This document shows, one piece after another, positions 45,690 to 57,700 of a stretch of DNA of 64,000 nucleotides. Every line of letters starts with the position of its first letter. Positions within the stretch are counted from its first letter, which is position 1. Source of the DNA: an uncultured bacterium (lineage in GTDB: Bacteria > Patescibacteriota > Saccharimonadia > UBA4664); NCBI GenBank assembly GCA_963720265.1, contig CAVRET010000002.1, forward strand, positions 750,069-814,068. The letters are read 5' to 3'. The notes under the pieces were generated by a model. It was not told where the DNA came from. It was given only the letters and a program-made list of their open reading frames with translations, and ran no database searches. A program made the position numbers and the translations under genes.

Positions 45690-47174
45690 ATGAAAATCAC
45701 ACGTTTACATCCAGACACCCTTCTAAAGCACGGCAGTCGGATACAGACCGGGGTCTTAAGCCTGGTTGTGGCAGCCGTAGTGGTGGCCGGCGCCTACGTT
45801 GTGAGCCACAGTTTTGCCGACACCAACCAGCTGTACCTTAGTCCGTCCAGCGGCACCGTGCTGCAGGGCAATACGGTCAGCGTGGCAATCCATGAAGATT
45901 CCGGCACGACGGGCGTCAACGCCGTCCAGGCCAACCTAAGTTATGATCCGGCTGAATTTGAATTCGAAAGCATCGATGCCAGTAACAGTGCGTTTGGTGT
46001 AGAGGCCGAGTCCACCGGCGGCAACGGCACTGTAACCATTGCCCGCGGCGTCACCGGCGGCAGCGCCCCACTCACTGGCGATCAGCTGGTGGCCACGGTT
46101 ACGTTCACGGCTTTAGGCAGTGGCGTGAGCGGAGATATTAACTTCGCCAGTGGTTCGGCCGTCGTATCGGCATCCGACAACACCAACATTGTCCAGTCAA
46201 CCGCCGGCGCCAGCTTCGATCTCACCGCACCGGCCACGCCGACGCCCACACCTACGCAAACTCCAGCGCCCACCGCCACCCCAACGCCGGCTCCCGCGCC
46301 CACACCCACAGCCACTCCCACGCCTGCGCCCGCGAGCGCCGGCACCATCTACCTCAATCCTGCCAGCGGTACGATCACAAATGGCTCCGACCTGATCTTT
46401 GATATCCACGAAGACTCCGGTTCCACGCCGGTCAACGCCGTCCAGGCCAACTATGATTATTCCACCAGTGATTTCCAATATGTTTCAATTTCAGCCGCAA
46501 ATAGCGACTTTGCGGTCGAAGCCCAAACCTCGGGCGATAACGGCCAAATCCGCATTGCCCGCGGCGTCACCGGCGGCAGCGCCCCACTCACCGGCGACCA
46601 CATTGTGGCAACAGTCACGCTCAAAGCCGTTACTAGTGGTACCGCCGCCCTCACGGCCGCTTCCGGCTCGGCAATCGTCAGCTCCGACACTAATTCCAAT
46701 ATTCTCAGCAGTCAAACCGGCGGTAGCTACACGCTCACCGGCGGAACCGGTAGTAGTACAAGCACAACACCCGCGCCAACACCAAAACCTTCGTCACCCA
46801 CCCCGGTTTCAATTACCGGCGGCAGCGAACCCATTCCGGTGAGCGACACCATCCAACTCTCGAGCCCATCCCTTAGCTCTAGCGCCGCCACTACTTACAC
46901 GCTCGACGGGCAAAGCGTTAGCGGCGACACCGTCGACACCTCTGATCTGAGCGACGGCGACCACACCATTACCGCTACCCAAACCGTGAATGGCAAGACT
47001 ACTGAGGTCAAACAAACCATCTCGGTCCACAACAAGTCGGCCGGGTCCAATCCCTTCACGGTCGTTTTGGGTGCTGCCAAGCCGGCCTTGCCCTATATCG
47101 TGGTCGTAGTGATCGTAATACTGCTGGCAACCGCCGGCTTCGTGTTCATCCGCCGCGGACCAACCGGGATCTAG
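45690..47174 (+). CDS. membrane-anchored protein with two cohesin domains (scaffoldin-like)
   Basis: Two repeats of the cohesin-like module (GTVLQGNTVSVAIHEDSGTTGVNAVQANLSYDPAEFEFESID..; GTITNGSDLIFDIHEDSGSTPVNAVQANYDYSTSDFQYVSI..) separated by a TP-rich linker. C-terminal TM anchor. Confidence 0.6.
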   Translation: MKITRLHPDTLLKHGSRIQTGVLSLVVAAVVVAGAYVVSHSFADTNQLYLSPSSGTVLQGNTVSVAIHEDSGTTGVNAVQANLSYDPAEFEFESIDASNSAFGVEAESTGGNGTVTIARGVTGGSAPLTGDQLVATVTFTALGSGVSGDINFASGSAVVSASDNTNIVQSTAGASFDLTAPATPTPTPTQTPAPTATPTPAPAPTPTATPTPAPASAGTIYLNPASGTITNGSDLIFDIHEDSGSTPVNAVQANYDYSTSDFQYVSISAANSDFAVEAQTSGDNGQIRIARGVTGGSAPLTGDHIVATVTLKAVTSGTAALTAASGSAIVSSDTNSNILSSQTGGSYTLTGGTGSSTSTTPAPTPKPSSPTPVSITGGSEPIPVSDTIQLSSPSLSSSAATTYTLDGQSVSGDTVDTSDLSDGDHTITATQTVNGKTTEVKQTISVHNKSAGSNPFTVVLGAAKPALPYIVVVVIVILLATAGFVFIRRGPTGI

Positions 47175-47423
47175 CTGTGGCAAGAATTAATAATGTAAAA
47201 GTAATGACCTACAAAAAGCAAAGATCACAATTCATGTCTCCGTCCAGGCACTTGCCGCAGCCGCGGTAATTCTAGGGTCGGTCCTTATATCAAAGGACAA
47301 ACTTACTGTTGCGGCATCCGAAATCCTGCTGCTGGTCGTGCTGTACGGTAGTTCCCGGGGCAGGCAAAGAAAAACCAAGTAGCCATTGCCGGATTCAAAA
47401 AGGGATCAATTACAGGGTTTTCA

Positions 47424-50400
47424 CTACTGCGTCACAAAGTAGCTGTATTTGTAGGTAGTAGCACCAGACAAGTTGTTGCTGTTGGTTTCAAGGCTAAAGC
47501 CCGTGGTTGACGGCGACGTGTAATACTGCAGCGCCGAACCATTGGCTGCGGCCGGCGTCAGTACCACGTTGGGTGTAGCACCAAACACATTGGAAAACGT
47601 AATATCAGCCAAATCACCGGCCGCCGAGCATGGCCCCGCACCGGTCGTAATAGTAATCGTGCCGCTGGTATCATCGCCGGTCACACTCACACTGGCAGTC
47701 CCGCTGCAATTCGCCGCCGCTCCGGCCGCAATGCCGGGCGTGCTGCCGCCGGTAATAATATGGCCGTCAACCGTTAGGTTGGCCGTCACCACGAGCGAGC
47801 TGACCGTAACCGTCATGGTCGTGGTATCGGCTGTCAGCACTGCTGCGCCCATTTGATTTTGAACCTGGAAAGCCGAGGTCGAATCAGTCGGAGTTTTAAT
47901 GAGCGTTTGCCCCAGCCCACTCACCTCAAACACGGATTGATCCGCGGCGTTGCGAATCATTACTCCCTCATCCGCGGTGTTCTGCACCGTCAGCACCGTA
48001 GCCGATTTTGTCACAATGTTGGCCCCAGTCACGTTCGACCCTTCGCGGCCGATTGTCCAAGCTGTATCCGACGGCCCGTTAAGGTAAATCGCCTGGTTGT
48101 TATCCAGCGAAACGTTGCCGTTTGCGATCTGCAAAGCTTGCTGCGGCGCCGACGTGCCGATACCAACATTGCCGCTGCGGTCAATTACCAGGCTGTCGCT
48201 TAGGCTATCGGTCGTAGAATCTGCCACCGGATTAATCGGCACACCAATGTCGGCCCAATCGGCGGTATCAACAAACCAGCTCATATCAACATTACCGCCG
48301 GTGCCGGGCGCATCAGCGCCGCCCTCGCCGTACACCGACGATGTATTTGGCAGGTACCACATTTGGCTCTGAGTGTCGGCGCTGTAGAGGCTGCTATTGT
48401 TGTTCGTCACACCAATCGCATCGACTACCAATTGCGATGTGCTGGTCGTGGGCACCAAAAGATTCGTTGCCTGGTAACCGGTTGTGGTACCGCTAGCCGT
48501 GGCAAACGTGCCCAGCGGCGTGGTTTGATCAACGTTGTAGAACGTGGCCGCACCAATCGAGCCGGTGCCGGCTGAACTCATGGTGGCAACGATATCATAG
48601 CTACCACTCGGCGGATTCAAAAGGTACCACAGCTCAACATGCGCGCCCACCGGATCAACCACCTGCGGCGAGTTTTTGGCTGCAATCTGCGTCAGCGCCA
48701 AGCCGTTATAGGTGACCGCGGTGAATGTGCGCTGCTGATTCGTCTCAACTTGCACTAGCATCAACCGGTTACTTTCGGAGCCGGTTGTAAAGCCGCTTAG
48801 GGTAACCGTGCTGCTGCCAAAGCTTGCAATCTCCCCCGTGTTATCAACGGTTACCGCGCTAGCGCCGGGCTTAGCGGTCCGGAAGATAAACGAGCCCGAG
48901 CCGGCAGCACCAGTGCCGTTAGAAGCGTCGAATGTAATATTGCCGCCACTGGCGTTGGTGCCCGTCGCCTCCCCACCGCGCACGGTCAAATCTTGCGGCG
49001 TTCCATCTTGCCCCAAAATAATCGCCATATCGGTCGTATCTGCGGAAATAAGCGACGCTCCGGCGGCATTCTGGATCGCAAAGGCGTCCGTTGAATCGGC
49101 CGGATCCTTAAACACTGCCGAACCCTCAACGTCTAAGTTGGCACTTGGCGTGGTGGTACCGATGCCAACCGATGCGGTGCTACCGGTAAAGAAGCCGGAG
49201 TCGGCAGCCAGCGTCTGAGACTGGATGGAATTGAGCGCAGTTGGTATGACTGCTACTTCGGCGATTTCGCCGGTAAACGGACCGTTAAAGGGGTCGTCGC
49301 CAATATACCACGAGCCCGTGTAGCTCTGAGGTGTATTGTACGAAGGGTTCGAGGCTACCAATTGGCCGTCTACGTAGAGATACATGCCGGCGCTGGACAC
49401 GCTGGCAACCGCGATATGCCAACTGCCGTCATTGACGGCCGCCGAACTTGTAATTACTTCGTTGCCAAGAATGTTGTTATAAATGCGGAAATTCAACTTG
49501 CCGCTGCCGTCAATAAAGAGTTCCCTATCATGTGCAGCGCCGCCAACGCCGCCGATCAGCTCGCCCTCGTTAGTGGTATTAAACATTACGACCTGGCTAA
49601 ACGTTGTCGGCAGGGTTGCGGAATTCGCCGTCGTAATTTCACTCGGGCTGGCTGAATTAAATGCCATCGCTGGTTGTGTATTGTCGCACGAGAATGGGCC
49701 CGGGGTCTGGTTCGTGGTGACATTCGAGAGCGTGCCGGTGTTGTTATTGCCCGAGCTGTCGGCTCCCGTAGCACCGGTATCATCAAGCTTCCAATACGCG
49801 TCAGGCGCAAAACTGTCCACATAGTTCTCATAAGTGGAGACTCCACAGTTGGTGGGTGCGTTAACAGTTAGGGTGCCGTTACCCGAATCAAAGTTTAGCG
49901 ACGGATTACCGCTGGCATTTTGAACCTGGAAAGCCGAAGACGAATCAGTGCCGGGCTGAACGATCACGCTTCCACCCGCGCCGGTCCCGGCAGCGGCCCC
50001 GCTTTGCAATACCAAGTTGCCGCCGTTGCCATTGCCGCCGGCGTTCCCGGCCGCAATCGTCAAATCACCGCCAGTCCCACCGGAGCCGGCAATCTTCCAA
50101 GTCGAACTGGTAGCGGCTGTAATGTCGAGCGCGCCGGTGGTAGTGGTGTAACTAGCGCCGCCGGACGTAGCGGCAATATTTGCACCGCTAATGTTAATAA
50201 AACCACTGCCGCCACTGATGTTCACGCCGCCGCCATAAATCGAGGTCGGCGCGAGCATTGCGGAGTTGCCAATAGTTATTTCTTGCGCGTTCGTGGCGCC
50301 CAGGTCGAGCGCTGCCGTCGCCGAAGACGAACTAAGATCAGTAATCGTAACGTCATCAATGTAGTGCACCTCCCCAATAGTCTGGGCGTCGTTGGCTGAG

Positions 50401-51752
50401 AAGTAATAGCCCATCTCCGTTGCACCCACCGGCGCCGTTAATACGCCTACGACTTTGCGCCAACCGGTTGAAATATCCGTAACCGTCCCGAAGTCCTGCG
50501 TCGAAATTGCGCCGCCGCCGTAATATCCGTTACTTGACCATGTCACTCCGGCGGTGATGTTGTCCGAGTTTGTGGCCGCCCGCACCCAAGCCTCAACGGC
50601 GTAGGTATGGCCCTGGGTAACCGGAATAATCATTGGTGGATTTGTTATACCGTCTGCGGTTTCCCATCTCGGAAAGTAGTTGCTGCCAACGGCGATTGAC
50701 AAGCTGTGGGTACCGCTGTGGGCCTGGGCATTCGTTTGGGTTATAACCGAATTGTCGCCAAAGATGCCGTCGCCCATGTTGTCAATGCCGTCCTCGAATG
50801 TCTTATCGTCGATCAAGGTGCCTGATAGCACGCTATTTCCGGTATCAATTGAGACATTGCCGGCCGCTGTCGTGGACGAATCTCCGGACTGGAGGGTAAT
50901 ATTACCGCTCGAGCCGGTGCTGCTGCCGGTGATAATGGCGACATCTCCGGTACCACCTTGCAACAATGCGGCACTGGCACCCTCGGCTGAACCCAAACTC
51001 ACATTTTCCACGCCGTTGCCGGTACTCAGGTTGTTGCCGCTTTGAGTCACCATTGAGCTGCCAAGCGTCGTGGCATCGGTGAAGTAGGCGAGTGATCCCG
51101 CGGTTCCGCCCACGGCCGCCACTCCGCCGCCCGCGCTGTTAGTTACGTTCGTAACATCGGTAAGATTGGTGACGTTTGTGGTATTGCCGGCCTGGTTCGT
51201 TACATTTGTGACATTGTTGGTCACATTACCGCCGCCCAGCAGATTTAAGAACTGCTTACCGTTGTAATACTCCAGTACGTTACCGGTCTGATCATAATAC
51301 AGCTCACCGGCGACCGCCGAGGTCGGCTGCGAGCTCGGTACAAGCACGATCGGGCCGGTGACGTTAAGCTGGCCGTTGACAGTCAACTGCCGGCCGCCAG
51401 CTGTCTGCCCGGCTGCCAGCGACTGGCTAACGTCTGCCAGTGGCACTGATTGCGAGGTCGGCAATTGGGCAAGCAGCGCCGAGCTGGCCGCCGGCGGATT
51501 GTTCGCCGCTGAGGCCACAAAATACACGCCGGCCCCAAACGCCGCAATGATGAGCGCAAACCCGGCCATGCGCTGAAGTGACATGAACGGCTTTTTGTCG
51601 CTCGGCCGGGGTGGTTGCGGGCTTGGGTGCGTCTCATCGGCTGACTGCACCGGTGTCGCCTCTGGCACGGCCTGTAGATTCTCCGGCTTCTCATACGTTG
51701 CGTCATGGTTGAGATCAATTGGCTGGTTTGAGCCTGGGGTAATATCGTTCAT
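47424..51752 (-). CDS. giant surface protein (1442 aa), paralog 2
   Basis: Start ATG 51752 overlaps the upstream stop by ATGA. N-terminal cytoplasmic stretch plus TM (FMSLQRMAGFALIIAAFGAGVYF), then an NVTNNVTNVTN repeat stalk and LamG-like lectin regions. The conserved C-terminal domain is shared with 51749..59131. Confidence 0.7.
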   Translation of the reverse strand: MNDITPGSNQPIDLNHDATYEKPENLQAVPEATPVQSADETHPSPQPPRPSDKKPFMSLQRMAGFALIIAAFGAGVYFVASAANNPPAASSALLAQLPTSQSVPLADVSQSLAAGQTAGGRQLTVNGQLNVTGPIVLVPSSQPTSAVAGELYYDQTGNVLEYYNGKQFLNLLGGGNVTNNVTNVTNQAGNTTNVTNLTDVTNVTNSAGGGVAAVGGTAGSLAYFTDATTLGSSMVTQSGNNLSTGNGVENVSLGSAEGASAALLQGGTGDVAIITGSSTGSSGNITLQSGDSSTTAAGNVSIDTGNSVLSGTLIDDKTFEDGIDNMGDGIFGDNSVITQTNAQAHSGTHSLSIAVGSNYFPRWETADGITNPPMIIPVTQGHTYAVEAWVRAATNSDNITAGVTWSSNGYYGGGAISTQDFGTVTDISTGWRKVVGVLTAPVGATEMGYYFSANDAQTIGEVHYIDDVTITDLSSSSATAALDLGATNAQEITIGNSAMLAPTSIYGGGVNISGGSGFINISGANIAATSGGASYTTTTGALDITAATSSTWKIAGSGGTGGDLTIAAGNAGGNGNGGNLVLQSGAAAGTGAGGSVIVQPGTDSSSAFQVQNASGNPSLNFDSGNGTLTVNAPTNCGVSTYENYVDSFAPDAYWKLDDTGATGADSSGNNNTGTLSNVTTNQTPGPFSCDNTQPAMAFNSASPSEITTANSATLPTTFSQVVMFNTTNEGELIGGVGGAAHDRELFIDGSGKLNFRIYNNILGNEVITSSAAVNDGSWHIAVASVSSAGMYLYVDGQLVASNPSYNTPQSYTGSWYIGDDPFNGPFTGEIAEVAVIPTALNSIQSQTLAADSGFFTGSTASVGIGTTTPSANLDVEGSAVFKDPADSTDAFAIQNAAGASLISADTTDMAIILGQDGTPQDLTVRGGEATGTNASGGNITFDASNGTGAAGSGSFIFRTAKPGASAVTVDNTGEIASFGSSTVTLSGFTTGSESNRLMLVQVETNQQRTFTAVTYNGLALTQIAAKNSPQVVDPVGAHVELWYLLNPPSGSYDIVATMSSAGTGSIGAATFYNVDQTTPLGTFATASGTTTGYQATNLLVPTTSTSQLVVDAIGVTNNNSSLYSADTQSQMWYLPNTSSVYGEGGADAPGTGGNVDMSWFVDTADWADIGVPINPVADSTTDSLSDSLVIDRSGNVGIGTSAPQQALQIANGNVSLDNNQAIYLNGPSDTAWTIGREGSNVTGANIVTKSATVLTVQNTADEGVMIRNAADQSVFEVSGLGQTLIKTPTDSTSAFQVQNQMGAAVLTADTTTMTVTVSSLVVTANLTVDGHIITGGSTPGIAAGAAANCSGTASVSVTGDDTSGTITITTGAGPCSAAGDLADITFSNVFGATPNVVLTPAAANGSALQYYTSPSTTGFSLETNSNNLSGATTYKYSYFVTQ

Positions 51753-54700
51753 TGTGCCACCCAATAGTTCCATTCATAGGTCGACGTATTCGACGGAGTT
51801 GTGCCGGTGCCAAGGTCAAAACTGGTGGGGGAAACAGTACTGTCGTCAACGTATGCGTTAAGTGCTGCGGCATTAGATCCGCCGGCCGTCAGCGTTACGT
51901 GCGGCGCAGCGCCAAACGCTGTCGCAAACGTGATGGTGGCAAGCTTCCCGCTGGCGGAGCAGCCCGACCCGGTCGTAATCGTAATGGTACCGCTCGTGTC
52001 ATCGCCGGCTACACTCACGGTTGGGCTGGTGCAAGCAGCGGTCCCGGCCGCAATCCCGGGCGTGCTCCCGCCGGTAATCACGTGACCGTCCACCGTTAGG
52101 TCGGCCGAAACGGTGAGCGCCGTCACGGTCACGATCATGTGAGTCGTGTCGGCGGTCAGCAACGGGGTATTGCCGGTATTCTGTACCACAAAGGCCGTCG
52201 CTGAATCGCTAGAGTTTTGGAACGTAGTCGCGCCGTTGCCGTCGATTGACACCACCGGAGTACCACCGTTGTTTTCGATCTGAAGCGTCTCAAACGGAGA
52301 GCTCGTCGATGCCACGTTTTGCAGCGTGAAGCTGTCGTACGCTGTCGCTGAGCCGTTCCAGTAATTACTCAAAAGCTGCAGGCCGTCAGAGTTTGCTGTC
52401 GGCACGAAAGAAGTGGCATTGGTGGGTGCTTGTAATTGCACGTCATGATCAACAGTGTCGACGTCAAATTCGGGTGCACCACCGCTGTCCATAACCCCGA
52501 ACGCGCCGAGTGAATTAACATACCCGACGCTCGTAGTGCCTGATACTTGTAGTGCGGAAACGGTCGGCGCGGTGTCGATACCCACCCGGCCATTAACCGT
52601 GTCCACGTCAATGACATCTGAGCCGGTGGCATCTTGCACCTGGAACGCAGATGTGGAATCAGTGCTATTTTGTAGGGTCGCTGCGCCGCTGGTCGTCAGG
52701 TTGAAGAGCGAACCGTGGAAGATGTCGCTCGTGCCACTGTACGAGCCGTAGATCGCCAAGTGGTAGTTGCCGTTGCCGTCATCGGTGCCGTTGCCAAACC
52801 AACTCGCATTCCAGGTACCAGGGGTTACACTGCCCTGGAAAAAGTCGGAGCCGCTGCCATCACACGTCGCGTAAAATACATCGCCTGAGCTCGACGTTCC
52901 GATGACCAGCCAGTAATTGGTACCGACCGTAACATTGAGCGGAGTATCGAGCGTAATATTGTTCCAGTTTGGACTGCCAGGCGACGGCGCAGTGATTGTC
53001 TGTGTGCCGGTGTGTTGGTCGAGGAGGGTTCCTGGCGTGCCCGCATTATCGCTGTAGATAGCCACGGAAAACGGGTCCCCGCCGCCGCTGTCAAACGCCA
53101 CGTTAAGCGACGTCAGCGTGCCGTTGGCCTGGGCCGTATACTGTGTTGTCTGGTCCTCGTTAGAGTTACTGTCATTGCACGAATTCGTCATACTGGCGAG
53201 ATTGTTGCCAATCACAACCGCTTGCTGAGCCGTTGCTGCTGAGTTGATGTTAAATGAATCGCCGGCATTTGGATTCACGCCCTCGTAGAAACTCGTGTTG
53301 GCATCAGCCAGTTGAATCGACGAATCGCCCGACCCCGCCTGCTGCACCGTTAGCTGCGAGGCGGTCGTAGTGTCGTTGTTGGACTGGACAACGACGCCGG
53401 TATTGCCCGAGGCCGCGCCGAGCGTGACCGTCTGGTTTGTTCCGTCCACCGAGATTAGGTTCACCCCGGCGGCAGTCTGCACCTGGAATGCGGTGCTGGT
53501 ATTGTTGGGGTCACGGAATAGCGCCGTACCTTCGTCGTCAATGTTGGCCTGCGGAGAAGTCGTGCCAACACCGATTGACGCCAGCTCAGCGTTATACACG
53601 CCCGCATCTGTCGCCAGCGTCTGAATCTGCGGTGCTGTAACAACCGAAAGCGAAACGGCAGCCTGCGAGATCTCGCCGTCAAAAGCGGTATTGCTCATAT
53701 TGGGCCAACTGGCGCCAAAGGAATTGCCGATCCACCAAGTGCCGTTGGTGTAGTCGGCCGGGTTATTGTAGCCGGGATTTGCCCCCACCAGCCGGCCGTC
53801 TAGGTATAAGAACAAGCCGCTGCTTGATTCAGTCACGACCGCCATGTGCCAATTGCCGTCTGCCACCGAGCCCGCACTTGATATTACCTGTACGCCCTGG
53901 CCGTTGTTGAAAATCCCTGCATACAGCCGGCCGTCTGTGCCGACGTACATCTCACGGTCCCAAGACGTTACGTTATCGCTAAACGATTCCAACACGCCGC
54001 TTCCGCCGTTGGTCTTAAACAATGCGATCTCGCTGTAGACATTCGGCGAATTGATTGCGTTTGGTGTGGTAATTTGGCTGTTGCTGGCGCTACTAAACAA
54101 CATCGCTGGATGGCTTGGGGCGCACGTGAATGCACCCGGTGTCTGGTCGGGCGTCACATTGGAAAGCGTGCCGTCGTTGCCGTTGCCGGAACTATCGACC
54201 GCGGTCGAGCCGGTGTCCTCCAGCTTCCAGTACGATGCCGGGCTCAAGCCGTTCATAGCGCTTACATAATCCGAATAATCACACCCGGCAGTATTATTAA
54301 CGATTAAATTACCGGTGTCATTTATGTCGTCGTTTGCCGTATCGGCCGTAAACAACGCATTGCCGGCAGCGTCCTGAATCTGGAAAGCTTGGGTTGAATC
54401 AGATGCATCTTGGAAATTGGCATCCCCACCAACATCTAGCGTATGGGTCGGATTCGAAGTGCCGACGCCGACGCCGTTGCTTCCGATAACCAGGCTATCA
54501 CTCAACGTGTCGGTTATAGAGTTAGAAGTCGGGTTAATTGGTACGCCAATGTCCGCCCAGTCGGCGTTGTTAACCGACCAGTTCATGTTGACCGTGCCAC
54601 CAGTACCAGGAGCATACGACCCGGCCGCCGGCCAATTGCCGCCGGACGGCGGTTGGTTCCAGATCTGAGTCTGGCCCGGGTTGACCGTCGGGTCATCGCC

Positions 54701-57700
54701 GTCTGTCCCAATGCCATCAACTACCAGCTGGGCCGCGCTGGTTGTCACAACATTAAGGCTCGTCGACTGCAATCCCGTGGTCGTGCCGCTGGCAGTCGCA
54801 ACCGTACCAAACGGCGTGGTTTGGTCCACATTGTAGTACGACGATGCACCGATCAGCATACCGGTACAGTTCGGAATGTTGGCCAATACGTCATGAGTGC
54901 CCGAGGGCGGGTTGAGCAGGTACCACATCTCAACATCAACCGAGTTATCCTTAACAGCCAATTGCGTCAGCGGGAAGCCATCGTAGCTGACCGAGGTATA
55001 GTTCACATCCGAGATGACCGTGACGACAAGCACACGGTTGGACTGGCTGCCCGTGGTAAAGCTCAATTTGGCCTCACCACAGTTGCCGTCGTCGCCAATC
55101 TCGTTGCCCGTGTTATCCAATGTCACTGCACTCCCGCTGGGCTTGGCCGTCCGGAATATAAATGAGCCCGACCCGCCGGCACCGGTGCCGTTCGAAGCAT
55201 CGAATGTAATGTTGGCACCGCTGGCGTTGGTGCCGGTGGCCGCCCCGCCCCTCACCGTGAGGTCGGTCGGCGTGTCGTCTTGACCAAACACAATAGCATT
55301 GTTTGTGGTGTCGGCGGTGAGCAATGAATTACCGGCAGAGTCTTGGATCTGGAAAGCAGTGGGTGAGTCAGTGGTGGACTGGACAAGATCAACGCTACCC
55401 AAATACTGAGTCACGCCGGATCCCTGAAAGGTGAGCAGGCCGCCACCGGTATTGCCGACGGTGACATCGTTGGCGTTCGCGGTACCGATGTCGACATTGG
55501 CGTTAGTATCCGCAAGAACGTCGATCCCGGCGCCGCCCCCCAGCAGGGATGTCAGGCCGGCTTGCTGATAGTTACCGATATTGATTGCCTGGGCGTTAGT
55601 AGCGCCGATATTTATGCTGGGCGAAGCAACAGTGGAAAGATCGGTGACGGTGGCGTCGTCAATGTACTGAATTTGGCCGTTTGTGCCATTGGACGCTGCA
55701 AACTGGAGGTCCATTTGCTCGTTTGGATGGCCGGGATTGACGGCCGGCGCCACGACATTACCGAAAAGATGGGTCCAGCCGGTAGTGGTGTCGGTGGCCG
55801 ACGCCCACGTTGTGGTGCCTGCCTGGCCATTCCACCATTGCACCTGGCCACTAATGGTCTCGGCAACGGTGTCGGCTCGAATCCAAGCAGACAGGGCGTA
55901 GATGTGACCTGGGGTCACCGTAGGTCCGAGTCCGCCCCCTTGTGTGGTGGCCCAGAGTCCTGAGCCTTGCTCAGTTACAGCGAGGCTGTGAGTACCGCCG
56001 TGGGCCTGGGCGGTGGATTGAGCGACCGACACATTAATGTAGTTGCCGAAGTTCTCGGTACTGCTCTCAAAGGTAAAGTCGCTGATTTGGGTGCCACTGG
56101 GAGTGTTGGCTCCGTTGTCGATGGTGACATTGCCGGAGTTGCCGGTGGATGAATCTCCGGTCTGGATGCCGATCCCGGCAGTGGTGCCGGTACCCGAGCC
56201 GGTGTTAATGGCAACGCCACCGGTACCGCCTTGAATCGTCACGCCGCCGGAACCGGCGTAAATTGAAGTGGTCGCAGCCCCATTAGTCGTACCAAGGGTA
56301 ACCGCTGAGTTGGTGGAGTCGACGCTGAGGAGTGTGTTACTGCCGGAGGCATTTTTAACCTGGAAAGCGCTTGTTGAATCAGAGGTCGGCTGGACAGTGA
56401 TGCTCGAGCCGGTATCAGTGATAGACGAATCGCCAACCGTCGTGCCCGAGCCGGTAAATTTGGCTAGCTTGTCGGCCGTGCCCGAGCCGCCGACCCCTCC
56501 ACCACCTCCGCCGATACTACAATTGCCGAGAGTAAACAAACATACCGTATCAGTCGTGCCACCTGGAATCGACGGGAACTGAATGGTAGCATTGCCGGTG
56601 CTGCTCGGGCTCAAACCCTGCAAAGCCACGGTTTGCGTCGTGCCTGCGTTGGCCAATGTAAGTTGTCCGGCCAAGCTCCCGGGAGTGCCAAGCACAACCT
56701 GGTCGGCGTTCGTATCCACGGTAAAAACACTATTCCCGGACGCATCCTGCACCTGAAATGCCTGGCTCGTATCAGTTGGATCCTGAAAAACCGCTGCTCC
56801 ATCCTGTGTCAGCGTGCCCGACGGTCCGATAATCGTCGCCGGGCCGTTGGTGGTGTAGCTGGCATACATCGAGTACAACGAGCCGGTAGACACTGAGCCG
56901 GACGGATACGTGGCCGGTAAGCCGTTGTCTGGGCCGCTTTGCCACGTGTTCGCGACCCCATCGACTGTGGCCGACGGGAAGCCGTTTGAGTAGGTGATGG
57001 TGTCGTTCCCATTGGCCCAAAACACTAACCAATAACTCGTGTTCGCGAGCACATTCACCGGGCTGGTCAGGCTCAACGTGTTCCAGCCCGACGGTGAAGT
57101 CAGCGTACCGATGCCGGTTGAACCGACGTAATTGCCGGGTACGCCGCCGTTATCGTCATAAATCGCGAGCTGATATTGATTGTTGGGTGACACCGTTTGG
57201 CCGACGCCAATGTAAACTGACATCGAGCCCAGCGTACCGGCCACGCCGGTGGTAAACTTAAATGCCGCTAGCGTTCCCGGAGTAATGGCCGACCCGACGT
57301 TGGATCCTTCGCTGGTGCTGCCCAGTGCCCCGCCCGCGCCCACGCCTAAGCTTACCTCGCGGTCGGTTGAATCAGCTGTTAGCAAATTAATCCCGCCCGC
57401 CGACTGCACTTGGAAATCGGTCGTCGTATCCGACTGTGGCTTCACAATCACACCCCCGGCGGTCCCGCCCCCGGCGCCGAGCGTAAGCGAACCGCTCGTG
57501 GTACTAAAGCTTGACGCTCCTGAACCGTCCACGGTAATCGCGCCGCCGTTCACGTCAATGTTCGCAGTCCCCGCGTTAAGGTTAATACCGCTGCCGCCGT
57601 CAATCGTTGTTGGCGCAACCTCGTTCATGTTCCCGATCGACACCACCTGAGCATTGTTCGCACCCAAATCAAGCTCAGACGAAGATGACCCCGAGCTAAG

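Noticed and set aside
42000-46330. Pro/Thr-codon-rich DNA repeats (PTPTP linkers) as candidate tandem repeats or spacers
   Set aside because: They are in-frame low-complexity linker regions of the scaffoldin-like proteins, not non-coding repeats.
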